The notes beneath the pieces are model-generated. The model was not told the origin of the DNA, did not search any database, and was given only the letters and a program-made list of their open reading frames with translations. From assembly GCA_024626585.2 (NCBI GenBank), contig JANKJI020000004.1, forward strand, positions 166,415,949 through 166,434,622: a DNA stretch of 18,674 bases, in the 5' to 3' direction. This document shows, piece by piece, positions 1-11,919 of this stretch; within the stretch, counting starts at the first letter, position 1, and each line of letters starts with the position of its first letter. The position numbers and the translations under genes are program-made. The DNA is from Ginkgo biloba (lineage: Eukaryota; Plantae; Ginkgophyta).

Positions 1-680
1 AGAAAATGATCCCCAAATATTTATGTCTACATGAGCGCAATGAATGAAGGGCCAAAAGTCTTTGAAAATATCACTTTTCACAAAGGAACCATCAATAACA
101 AACAACCGCCATAGTAAAAATGATACCAAAAATAATGGAAAGGGTGATAGATTATATGGAATAAACAATTATAATGATACCAAAAATTGATGCTTATACT
201 AAAAAAGTGATGAAGGGAGAGATAAGGAGAGAGAGATTACACCATCTAAAAGTACTTCTCCCTCACTTGAAAAGAAATATTCATGAAAAAATTGAGCCAA
301 TAATTATTAAATTTTGACACTAGACATGCCCCAAATTCATGAAAAAACAATGATAAAATAAAAAAATCCACATGGGTATGGAGAAGCCCCAACCTCATAG
401 ACATGAGATATATCAAATATAAATATCAAATGAGAATGGAAAATTTCATATGACAATGTGATATGTTATGTAGTAGATAGAAAACTGATATTAATGGCAT
501 GTTGATGAAGAATGAGGAACCATATGAAGTTGTATGAGCACATGAATGTGTTATAATGAACTAGGTGTCAAGTTAAGTGGTGTGGAATATGAAATAACTA
601 CCCAAATAACTAATCACTATTGAAATTGGCTATTGGAATATACCAATCAACAATCAACTACTAAAATGAATAAAACTATT
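1..680 (-). repeat. Inverted copy of the macro-repeat segment (homologous to ~4430-5085)
   Basis: 'aatgaatgaagggccaaaagtctttgaaaatatcac' (39-74) matches the reverse complement of ~5020-5054. 'gataaggagagagag..cacttgaaaagaaa..tagacatg..catgaaaaaa' (221-347) matches the reverse complement of ~4820-4950. 'caacaatcaactactaaaatgaat' (~648-671) matches the reverse complement of ~4428-4452. Confidence 0.8.
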
Positions 681-3600
681 ACAATGGGTTTTATCACCCT
701 TTTTAATACCTATGCATTCATGACACTCATTTAAATATTATAAATCCATGGTGCCCACCTTCTAGTCATTTCTCATATTCTATTTAGTTTTTCACCACTT
801 TATTATCATATAGTTTATCTTATGATATCCCTTTATTTAACTCATAATACACAATTATTATATAAATATCCCTTTATACAAAATTAAAATTGAGATTTAT
901 GCATTTATGTGAATATAAGGTATTTATCCTTTTTATCCTTATGGGGGGAGGGTTTTCATCATAGCACATTATCATTTTTAGAGATCATTTGAGAAGTTAT
1001 GCCTTATAATAAGGAGAAGAGAGATATAATTTTCATATTGAATCTACANNNNNNNNNNNNNNNNNNNNNNNNNNNNNNNNNNNNNNNNNNNATATATTAT
1101 TTTTTCTATCTTTATGCTAAGGTGTATTATCATTATTTCTTTGTGTATTTTTACATGAAGGAAATTTATTATGCGTAAGGAACCCCCACGTCCTTTGGTT
1201 TATTTGTGTTATTTATCATATTATAGAGTTGTTTTTCCATAAACATAAATAACGACCATATTAGGAATATATTTCCTATCCATTAGTATTTTTAATTTAT
1301 TACTATGTAGCTTCTCAACATATGTTGTAGGTCCTAATCATGTTACATTTTCTTAAGTTTTTCATAGACTAGATATTGAATAACATTCATATTTTTTTTG
1401 TAAATTGTTTAGTATTTTTACTATGCCACACCTATCTCTAACAAATAGACACTTTTACTCATGATGTTGTGTTTTCTCTATAATGCAATTCCACCAATTT
1501 ATCTCATACTATGTATTTTCTATATGGTGATATTATGGTTTTTCTTGAGTATGTTTTTTCTGTGACATTATGATTTTTTTTCATTTAGATTTTACCAATC
1601 ATATTTTCTGTAGATAATGATATTTATGTAGATGATATCATTAGATAAATTATCCATTCATCCTTGACATTTATTATGATAGTTTTAAAACACTTACTTT
1701 TCTATTAGGTTATTAACATGGGTAAATACCACCATATTTATTTCTCCCTATGTAGCATCTCCATTCATTTATTTCAGCAGTTTATCATTGGGCTAAACTT
1801 TTAATCAAAACCATTACATTCATTTATTTATACGATGCTTATTATAGTTATTTGGTTACTACTAAATGACACCATGATATTATTCTAGTTTCTTATAGTG
1901 GTTATTCAATAAAGAAGAAGAAGGGNNNNNNNNNNNNNNNNNNNNNNNNNNNNNNNNNNNNNNNNNNNNNNNNNNNNNNNNNNNNNNNNNNNNNNNNNNN
2001 NNNNNNNNNNNNNNNNNNNNNNNNNNNNNNNNNNNNNNNNNNNNNNNNNNNNNNNNNNNNNNNNNNNNNNNNNNNNNNNNNNNNNNNNNNNNNNNNNNNN
2101 NNNNNNNNNNNNNNNNNNNNNNNNNNNNNNNNNNNNNNNNNNNNNNNNNNNNNNNNNNNNNNNNNNNNNNNNNNNNNNNNNNNNNNNNNNNNNNNNNNNN
2201 NNNNNNNNNNNNNNNNNNNNNNNNNNNNNNNNNNNNNNNNNNNNNNNNNNNNNNNNNNNNNNNNNNNNNNNNNNNNNNNNNNNNNNNNNNNNNCTCCTTC
2301 TCTAATCAATAGTAACATTTTTTTCCATCATATGTAAAAAAAAAAAAAAAAAGGTTGTTTCCAAGAACTTTTATCCCTTCATTCATTGTATTCATTATGG
2401 ACCTTAGTCCTTGGGCATTTTGTTATCACCCTTTTTAACACCTATGCATCCAATATACTCATATAGCTTTTATTAATCTATGATTCTCCCCTTGTGGTTA
2501 TTTTCAATTATCCTCATTGATTTATCACCACTTACTTCCTATGTAATCGACCTTTTGAAATCCTTATAGTTGTTTCTCATTATTCTCATTGGTTTGTTAC
2601 AAATTTTATACCATATAGATAACCTTGTGAGATCCCTATGGTTAACTTCATGATATACTATTATTATATAAATATCCCTTTTATATGAAGGTAAAAGGGG
2701 GATTTGTTTAGTATTTGACAATAATAACATCTTTACCCTTTATCCTCTTTTGGGGGAATATGGGATTTCTATCATGGCACCTTATATTTTTTATTATCAT
2801 TTGAGAATTTATGGCCTAGAATAGGGAGAAGAGAGAGAGTATTTTGATATCTAGTCCAGAGTATCAAATCCCACTTGATGAGACCATTCTCCACATTATA
2901 TCTTAATATCACATTTTATGGCNNNNNNNNNNNNNNNNNNNNNNNNNNNNNNNNNNNNNNNNNNNNNNNNNNNNNNNNNNNNNNNCATTTATATATTAAG
3001 GACATTTATTATGTATTAATAAACCTAACACCCTTTGATATGTTTGTGTCATTTATCATATCGTGGAGTGATTTTTTACATAAACATAAATGAAAACCAT
3101 ACTTGGGACATATTCTTTGTCCATTGGTATTTTTCACTTCATTTATATGTATCTTCTCAACATATGTTATAGGTATTAATCACATTATAGTTTTATGGGT
3201 TTTTCATAGACAAGATACCAAATAACATAAAAAAAAAAAATCATAACTCCTTTCCCTAATGTACCATAACTTTACCTTATGATGTCGCATATTTTCTATA
3301 ATGCAGTACTTCTACTTTCCTTCATGATGTAACTTTTTGATGTGATGATGTTGCACTTTATTTTTTAGTGTGATTTTTCTATGACATTATGATTTGTTTG
3401 TAGTCATATTTTATCAATCAAGTTTCTACAAATAATAATATTTATGTACCTAAACCCATTAATTACATTATGTAGTACATCCATTTTCACCTTTCCATTT
3501 ATTATCATAGTTTTAGCACATTGTCATTTTCAATTAGATTATGGATATAAGGGAACACTACTATATTTCTTTCTCCCTACATAACATATCCATGCATTCA

Positions 3601-5649
3601 TTTTAATGATTTATCATCGGGCTAAACTTTCAAGAAATTTCATTTCATTATTAAATTTATATATATACTAATAGTGATTATTTACTTTAGAAAAATAACA
3701 CCATGCTCGCACTCTATGGTACATGTATTGGAAAATAAATATTGTTGTAGGTATTATTCTAATGAGACATTACATCATCATCTATCACTATTAGTTCAAA
3801 TATTGANNNNNNNNNNNNNNNNNNNNNNNNNNNNNNNNNNNNNNNNNNNNNNNNNNNNNNNNNNNNNNNNNNNNNNNNNNNNNNNNNNNNNNNNNNNNNN
3901 NNNNNNCCATTAGTTTCTTACAAAGTTCATTTTTTTGTAACTTTTTAATAGATATTATAAGTTATTATTATAACATCATATTTATAACACTGTATATCAT
4001 CACTTACATTTGTAAATTTTTATTTGAGTAATTCCATACAATGTTTCATAATAGTTTATGCCATAACTTTTCCTATGATTTTATGTTTCTTCTAGATATG
4101 TTATGTGTTTACCTATTTGGTGTTATGCATTTTTCCTACATGTCATGCCTTTGTGGTATTTTGGAATTATCCATTTATTAACTTGTGGATTTCCCTTCTA
4201 TATTTTAAAATTCCTTAAACATGACTTTTTCATGATTCTAGTGCAATCTTCTTACCACACTGTGAAATTTTAGTGACTATATTTCTATACAATTTATATT
4301 TTAATATAGTTCATCCATTACTTTCATGCCATTTATTATAGTTCTCTTTCAGTATACAAATCATTTCCACAATGTATTAGATATGTAGGTACTACCACAT
4401 GCTTGTCCCCTATGTATAATCTCCATGAATTCATTCTAGTATTTGATCATTGACTTTCACTTTCTAGCAATGGCATTTTACACTTTCATCTGATTATAGT
4501 GGTAAGTATGGTCAATACCAAATGACACCATGTTCATCCCATATTTTCTCATAGGTATCATTTCCTATCACTTAATACCATTCTTTCACTCCATGGTATA
4601 ATTGTTTGTAGAAGAATATTATTACAGGTGTTATTGCAATGAGATTTTGCAACATCAATCATTATCAATGCAAAAAGTTGATATTCACTAATACATATTT
4701 CATTCTTATCTCCATTCTCATTCTCACTTTTTATGTAACATATACATGAACATTATTGTATTATGATTATGAGTATGGGACATGTCCATGCTTGTGTGGA
4801 TTATTTCTTCTTATTTTATATTTTTTCATGACTTTAGGACATGTCTAATACTATGTTATAATTTATACGATAAATGGTAAATTTTTTCTTAATGTTTCTT
4901 TTCAAGTAGGAAGAATACTTCTAACCATGTGATGACTCTCTCTCCTTATCCAATTAATAGTAGCATTTTTTTCTTTGCCATAGTTTTTTGTCAATCACAG
5001 GTGTTTTATTTATAGAAAGGGTTATTTCCAAGAACTCTTATCCTTTCATTCATTACATACCTCAATCCTTAGGGTGCATTTTTTTTATTTCCCTTTCTAA
5101 CACTTATGCATTCATGCTCATTTATCTATTATACATATATGAGGCCCACATCATGGTTATTTCCCATTATACCCATTGGTTTGTCACCACTTTCTTAACA
5201 TATAAATTAACTTGTTCCATCCCTATAGTTAACCTTACGATACAACATTATCATATAAATATCCATTTTATAAAAAGGTAAAAGGGGGATTTATTTAGTA
5301 TTGTATCATCCTAATGTATTTACTCTTTCTCCTCTTATGGGGGGGAAGGCATTTTTCATCATGAAATATTACCATTTTAGAAGATCATTTGAGAATTCAT
5401 GTCCTAGAATAAGGATAAGAGAGAGAGAATTTTTATATCCATTTCATGATATCAAATACCACTTGATGAGATTACTCACCACATTCTATTCCAATATATT
5501 ATTTTATGCTATATTTATGCTATAGTGTATTCTCATGATTTATTTATGAATTTTTACATTAAGGACATTTAATGTACATAAATAACCACCATATACTTAA
5601 TATGTTGTGTCATTTATCATATTGCAAAGTGTTTTTTTCCATAAATAGA
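1..5649. repeat. Diverged AT-rich macro-repeat array (multi-kb unit; direct copies ~688-1900, ~2295-4940, ~4940-5649, plus inverted segment 1-680)
   Basis: Shared blocks seen by eye: 'ttatcacccttttt-aa(t/c)acctatgcat' ~690/~2422/~5085; 'ataaatatcc(c/a)ttt' ~862/~2668/~5254; 'atcatttgagaa' ~984/~2796/~5384; 'gtcatttatcatat' variants ~1208/~3048/~5609; 'ctcctt..c.aat.aatagta.cattttttt' ~2294/~4942. No credible ORF. Confidence 0.85.
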
Positions 5650-6341
5650 AGGAAAAGAATCCATGTACCTTGCCCCTAATCAACACTTAATGTAAAATAT
5701 TACAATCTAACTAGAGCTATAAAAGGATATGCTAATAAATGTAAATAAATATCTTAACACTATAAAATAACTTATACTTAAAATATGAAATACTTTATGA
5801 ATTAAAATGATATGCCTTTTATAGGAANNNNNNNNNNNNNNNNNNNNNNNNNNNNNNNNNNNNNNNNNNNNNNNNNNNNNNNNNNNNNNNNNNNNNNNNN
5901 NNNNNNNNNNNNNNNNNNNNNNNNNNNTTAACTAAAGTTAGCCCATAGCTAATTAGATGAGAGACTTTATCATCCGAGAGAGAGAGAGATAGCCCTATGT
6001 GGTAAAAACCCTCCAATAAATCCCTTATGGTCATAGCCTCCTCAACAAACTTAGACCCTATAGGACCATGTTTTATCCCCCACTTGGTTAGGATGGCACA
6101 TCAAACTTGATCAAGGTCCTACTACTTTAATCAATGTTTTAACAATTGCCTAAAGAGTTGAGCACATTTGATCATCCCATTATTGGCTCTCCCACATCCC
6201 ATATCATCCCTACAATTAGCCTAATTTTACCTTTGTCGTAGTCCATGCCAACTCCCATTGATATTAATTCTATCTAGAATGTAAAGGCATGGAGGTTTTT
6301 GCTTACGCGGCACTAATAAATATGAAAGAGGTTATTCATTA

Positions 6342-6383
6342 TGCTTCAATTGCTGACAACATGGACACATTGCTAAACATTGT
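6342..6383 (+). pseudogene. Gag CCHC zinc knuckle remnant
   Basis: Translates CFNC*QHGHIAKHC, i.e. CX2CX4HX4C. The TGA is consistent with CGA>TGA decay. Confidence 0.85.
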
Positions 6384-6593
6384 CAACATCCTCCTAGAGT
6401 ATTCCAACAAGCTCACCCAAATGCTTTCAAGTCACCACCACCCCCAGCTTTGCTGATAATTTTGTTTCGGGAAATGAATAAGTAAGTGGCTTGAGAAGAG
6501 GAGCCACTCTAAATCCCTTAAGTATTTTTCAATTGTCTACTACATCATCTTGATTTGTATTTATTGCCCTTGCTTATATTTCTAGTGATCGCA

Positions 6594-6820
6594 ATCAACA
6601 TTCTAGTCAACATTAGAAGCTCTTATCACATCCATGAATACCTTGTTCTTGACCACTCACCATTCGTATGTATTCCACTTGGTCATTCTTAGTTACCTTG
6701 TTCTAATAATTGCTCTCAAGCCATCTCTTCAAAGTTGATTGACTTGCAATTAGTAGGTAAATAATTTTCAAAAATACGTTATGTGCTTTTTAATTACATT
6801 AGTATGTGATTGGTTACTGG
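6594..6820 (+). pseudogene. Aspartic protease remnant
   Basis: LVNIRSS at 6603-6623 is three transitions away from LVDTGSS. A downstream LVCDWL (~6800) resembles the ILGxDWL motif. Confidence 0.6.
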
Positions 6821-7204
6821 AAGTGCATCTTGTGATTTTTTTTGTCCAAAATTCTTCGACTTTTGTGTTATGCTCTTTCTATCAATTGGTATCATTCAAA
6901 TATCTCACCTTCTTCTTTGGTCCAGAGTATTTTAAGCTCTTGACCTCCACATTTACTAGTAAGCTTCATGATATTCATTATCTGTTAGCCAATTTTTCTT
7001 TGCTTTCGCAGTTGGTAAGCCTTCATGCACTTTCGCAAATTTGTCTTATTATATCTCCACCAGTAATGTTGATCATATTAAAATTGCCATGCATTATTAT
7101 TATGTGTGTGATATTCAAACTATCAACTAGTGTGTTTCAAAGATGTTACAACATAAAGTTCTCTAACAATCAAATAACCCTTGAGCTTCTGAGACGCATT
7201 TGAC

Positions 7205-7690
7205 TAAAAAGAAGGACAACACAAGTGTTTGCTTCTATATTGATTTTCATCATTCTAATTGGATTAATATGAATTATATGTAGCCACTTCCAGGAGTGGA
7301 TGATATCTTAGATCGTTTGGAAGGGGTCATGTTTTTCACTTCTTTAAACCTAGTCTTTGGCTACTAGCAAATTTCTCTCACCCTAAAGGACATCCTAAAA
7401 ATAACTTTATACTCCTAAAGGATTATATTAATTCATTCATGGTGATGCCCTTTGTTTGTCAAGTGCTCAAGTACTTTTCATAGATTAATAAATAATGTAT
7501 CTGGTGATTTCATTGATGTTGGTTAGTGTTAATCATTTNNNNNNNNNNNNNNNNNNATTACTACTTGGGATGAATGTTTGTGCATGCTTCGCCAAGTTTT
7601 TCAACATTTTCAACAGTTTAAACCTAAAATTGAATGTTAAGAAATTGTTTGGGACATATTAAACTGAAATAATTAGGATTTCATGTTTGA
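7205..7690 (+). pseudogene. Reverse transcriptase remnant (gypsy)
   Basis: KKKDNT..FYIDF..*PLPGVDDILDRLEGVMFFTSLNLVFGY*QI..TPKGLY*F..VMPF..TFHRLINNV. The YxDD position falls at or in the N run near 7539-7556. Confidence 0.9.
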
Positions 7691-7969
7691 AAACATGACA
7701 TTCAGATGGATACCAAAAAATTTAAACAATCTCAGATTTCCCAACACTAACAATAATAAAAATGTGTGGTGATTCTTTGGCATGATTGTCTTCACTGCTA
7801 AGTTTTTGCCCACTTTTGATTCTATGTTTGCCCCCTTAAACTCTTATGCTAGCATATACCTTTTCAATGGACACTTTCTTGTGAAGTTGCCATCGCCCTA
7901 AATAAAGCATGCTATGGCTTCTACCCTGATCTTAGCACAACTAAATCTTTCATATTTGTTTTATCCTTC

Positions 7970-8300
7970 AAATAGATGCCCCTGACACAAGTCTTGGTGC
8001 CATTCCCTTTCAAAAGTCAAATGACTATAGCTCTTAATACTTACCTTAGTCACTCTTTATCTCCTACTAAAAGAAACTATTATGCTATTGATAAAGAATG
8101 TCCCAATTTTATATGGGTATTTAATAAGCTTGATCCCTACTTACATGGTCTTAGACTATTGTCGAAACTAATCATACAACGTTCACCCATCTATTCACTA
8201 AGAAAGAGTTGAAGTCACATCTTGATGGATTCTAGCTCTTCAAGAATATGAATTTCAAGTTTGTTACTACCCAACTGATCAAACATGGAAGTTAATGCTT
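7970..8300 (+). pseudogene. RNase H remnant (gypsy)
   Basis: IDA..YLSHSLSPTKRNYYAIDKECPNFIWVFNKLDPYLHG..ETNH..WILALQEYEFQV (partly in ORF 7976-8212). Confidence 0.9.
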
Positions 8301-8689
8301 AATTTTGAAGAATTATTGCCATCCAATCTACAATGTTTGAATCTTCTATAGATAAAATATATGAAGCTCAATCATTAGACACTATAGTACAACACATCAT
8401 TTAACAATTGTGTATGATTCCTCCATCACCTTCTACCGGCTCCTTTTTTCCAACACTATCAATTTAATGGATCGTTCGCTTTACTTTATCCTAAAAGACT
8501 AGTCAGCGTGTNNNNNNNNNNNNNNNNNNNNNNNNNNNNNTCCTAAACAAAAATACGCAATCGCTTTTCATACACCCCTCCAATAATATTTTTAGAAGTA
8601 TAAGTTTTGCCAACATTGTCCTTAGTCATCTTTTAAAACACCTTATGTGCGTTCAATAGGACACACGAAACATATTTCAATTTCTACAC

Positions 8690-9430
8690 CCTTTGAACTT
8701 GTGGCTTATGATATAGTTGACCCTTTTTTCCCCATTCACTTCCAATAAATTTATTATTGTTTTTATAGAACACCTAACTTATTAGTACAAGGAAAAAGTT
8801 ATTCCTTTCTTCTCATATACTTCTGACCGTGGCACAAATTTCACTCCTCAAATAATAAATGTATTTACTTCTTTGGGGATTCACTAGTTTTATACTAGTC
8901 CATTTCACCTTGCTACTAATGGGCTAATAGAACAATTGAATGGTACAAATAAGCAAAAGTCCGTTACATATGTGTACCCACAACATTCATATTTATACCA
9001 CTTTCTTCTTTATGTTGTTTCAACCTCTAACACTTCAATTTAGAACTCTTCTCGAATTTTTCCTTTTCATGTTGTTTTTGGTCGTGACCTATTGTGAGTC
9101 TTCCTTCTTGTGCTAGATTATGGCCCTCCGCTCAAGCATGCCATGACCATCTAACAATTGTTTTGCCAATGTTACATTCAATTTTGTTTAGTAATCTTTC
9201 TCTAGCACAACAAAGATAAAAATGCTACTATGATGCACATTATCATGTCAAGACATATGTACCAAAAGATCTTATGTCAATATATTATCCTCTCCGAATG
9301 AGAGACATGTTTGAAAGTTTGTCTCATCTATGATTGGGATCTTATAACATGTGCTTCTACAAATCACCTCTTTTAGATATCGACTTCAATGATTGACCAA
9401 TGGTATCTTTTCAACGCATGTATCTAGGAT
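8690..9430 (+). pseudogene. Integrase remnant (DDE core plus GPY/F tail, no chromodomain)
   Basis: PFELVAYDIVDPF (~8690), SDRGTNF (8822-8842), SPFHLATNGLIEQLNGT (8897-8947), PFHVVFGRD (~9062), AQQR*KCYYD (~9205), HVSR (~9417). Confidence 0.9.
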
Positions 9431-9465
9431 GACATTTTTTTGTGTACCTCCAACTTCAACATTGT

Positions 9466-9850
9466 TAAGGGGGATGACATAAAGCCATAATCACATAGTT
9501 TAGCATTTGATGTTAAGAAGTTTGGAAAACCAATTGATGGTTATGAAAACCAATTGATGGTTATGAAAACGTAGTTAACCAACTACATGAGAAATGTATT
9601 AATTCTCTAACTCTTGTAGTCATAGGGCAACAAATAAAATGATGATTTTCTCTCAAGCCCCCCCCCCACCAATTCTCGATCTCTTCTTGCCAAATTCGTA
9701 CACGTCATTTTTAAATATATTAATAGATTTATTTACAATTTGTCCTAGCAAGCGCGCACAGTACCAATTTTGTGGTAAAGAATTGCCAAAAGAAAAGTTC
9801 ATTTTAATATCTTTTTTACGATGTTTACATATTGTTTCATTTCATCAACA
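9466..9850 (+). mobile_element. Polypurine tract (aaggggga) and candidate 3' LTR
   Basis: A purine run lies ~40 bp after the integrase end, followed by TG at 9475. A possible LTR end is ...tcatcaaca at 9850. No matching 5' LTR is visible, so the right boundary is a guess. Confidence 0.35.
9525..9570 (+). repeat. Perfect 20-bp tandem duplication (gaaaaccaattgatggttat x2.3)
   Basis: Directly visible. Confidence 0.95.
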
Positions 9851-10548
9851 TTAATTTTGCATTATGATTCAATAATATTTACAAATCTAATAGACTTATT
9901 TTTATTGTGGGTTTCCATATTTTTGATATAATACCATTTCAAACACGATAAATAAATAACATAAAATAATAATAATACTTTTGATATTGTATAATAGTAT
10001 TTGATAGCACTTCAAAATATTTTTACATGATTGTGCTTTTGAACCCATAAGAAGAGGGCTCATGGTTGGACAAGCTTGTTATTGGCTCTTATTTTTTTTA
10101 GTACATATTGTAGTTGTGTGCACAAATGTGTGTATACACACAATTTTAAGGTTAGCCTAGTACAATGCTTGGGTTGAATTGGTGTAAATTTTTTTTTTTA
10201 AATGGACTTTAGAATTTTGACCCCACTCATTTTATCTAATTATAGTGTAGATATTAGTCTTTTATTTTTTATTATTGTTCTATTAAAATAGAGAGTTCAT
10301 ATATTTATTTTTTCTTACTTTTAAACAAATGTAAAACCCTCTTTGTCTCTTTGTGTGTGCACACATGTATACATGTGCCCCTTCCCTCTTTTAACACAAA
10401 TTTGATGCAAGGTCAAGAATAAGATTAAAGATATGTTAAAGATTAGTGATACACCATTGAGATAGATCACTCAATACATCAATCATGTCCCCCACTATGG
10501 GAAGAGGGTTAAAAAGCAAAATTGGAATCAAAGTGTGGTTGACTTACT

Positions 10549-11368
10549 NNNNNNNNNNNNNNNNNNNNNNNNNNNNNNNNNNNNNNNNNNNNNNNNNNNN
10601 NNNNNNNNNNNNNNNNNNNNNNNNNNNNNNNNNNNNNNNNNNNNNNNNNNNNNNNNNNNNNNNNNNNNNNNNNNNNNNNNNNNNNNNNNNNNNNNNNNNN
10701 NNNNNNNNNNNNNNNNNNNNNNNNNNNNNNNNNNNNNNNNNNNNNNNNNNNNNNNNNNNNNNNNNNNNNNNNNNNNNNNNNNNNNNNNNNNNNNNNNNNN
10801 NNNNNNNNNNNNNNNNNNNNNNNNNNNNNNNNNNNNNNNNNNNNNNNNNNNNNNNNNNNNNNNNNNNNNNNNNNNNNNNNNNNNNNNNNNNNNNNNNNNN
10901 NNNNNNNNNNNNNNNNNNNNNNNNNNNNNNNNNNNNNNNNNNNNNNNNNNNNNNNNNNNNNNNNNNNNNNNNNNNNNNNNNNNNNNNNNNNNNNNNNNNN
11001 NNNNNNNNNNNNNNNNNNNNNNNNNNNNNNNNNNNNNNNNNNNNNNNNNNNNNNNNNNNNNNNNNNNNNNNNNNNNNNNNNNNNNNNNNNNNNNNNNNNN
11101 NNNNNNNNNNNNNNNNNNNNNNNNNNNNNNNNNNNNNNNNNNNNNNNNNNNNNNNNNNNNNNNNNNNNNNNNNNNNNNNNNNNNNNNNNNNNNNNNNNNN
11201 NNNNNNNNNNNNNNNNNNNNNNNNNNNNNNNNNNNNNNNNNNNNNNNNNNNNNNNNNNNNNNNNNNNNNNNNNNNNNNNNNNNNNNNNNNNNNNNNNNNN
11301 NNNNNNNNNNNNNNNNNNNNNNNNNNNNNNNNNNNNNNNNNNNNNNNNNNNNNNNNNNNNNNNNNNNA
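10549..11368. other. Assembly gap (largest N run); ORFs called across it are artefacts
   Basis: N run. Other gaps include 1926-2293 and four exactly-100-N gaps (3807-3906, 5828-5927, 13204-13303, 15840-15939). Confidence 0.98.
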
Positions 11369-11919
11369 GCTGCACATGTTTTTGTAATGTGGACCCCAGT
11401 TCCTATAATTGTGAAGCTAATTCTTCCTTTTAGTCTACCATGTGATGGTGCCCTTAGTCCAATAATTTATGAACAGAGCACTCTCCAGGGTCTTCCATAA
11501 TTTCAAGAATTAGAAACATACAACCCAAGCCACTCAACATATTTGTCTGTACATAAAATAGGATAAAACACTAAATATCCCATGGACTAAGATATAAATT
11601 TAAGGTTGAAAAAGAAACTTGATTTAAACAGAGGTTGAAAAAACACTGTCAGAAACAATTTTCAGAAATCACTGAAATACCACTCTGAATTCACAAGCTC
11701 TACAAAAGATGGCCCAGAACTACTACTCTTACCAGCAGCTGACATCCTCAGATGAATGCAAATATTCTCGCAGCCTTGCACTGCACTGTTGTCCTTGCTA
11801 TTGAAATCCATTACCCATTTACAGATGTAAGAAGTAGAAAATACCAAAGACTTCCAAATGAGATTTTCGTCTGGTTGACCACCAACCTGGCCTACTTTGG
11901 AACTCAAAAGGATAAAGCT

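Larger units (their letters stand above)
6000..9474 (+). mobile_element. Decayed Ty3/gypsy LTR retrotransposon internal region (gag-PR-RT-RH-IN), non-chromovirus
   Basis: Manual translation gives domains in gypsy order, with many stops and frameshifts (see sub-features). The left boundary is approximate. Confidence 0.9.

Noticed and set aside
2336-2352. A17 tract (and A12 at ~3229-3240) as retroposon tails
   Set aside because: They lie inside colinear repeat units without TSDs, so slippage is more likely.
9525-9570. CRISPR-like repeat
   Set aside because: It is a head-to-tail duplication without spacers in a eukaryotic TE context.
10354-10377. Overlapping palindromes tgtgtgcacaca / cacatgtatacatgtg
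   Set aside because: This is low-complexity alternating purine-pyrimidine sequence where palindromes arise by chance.
10485-11500. Long ORFs of 277-321 aa (and others containing X runs)
   Set aside because: They are composed almost entirely of N-gap codons.
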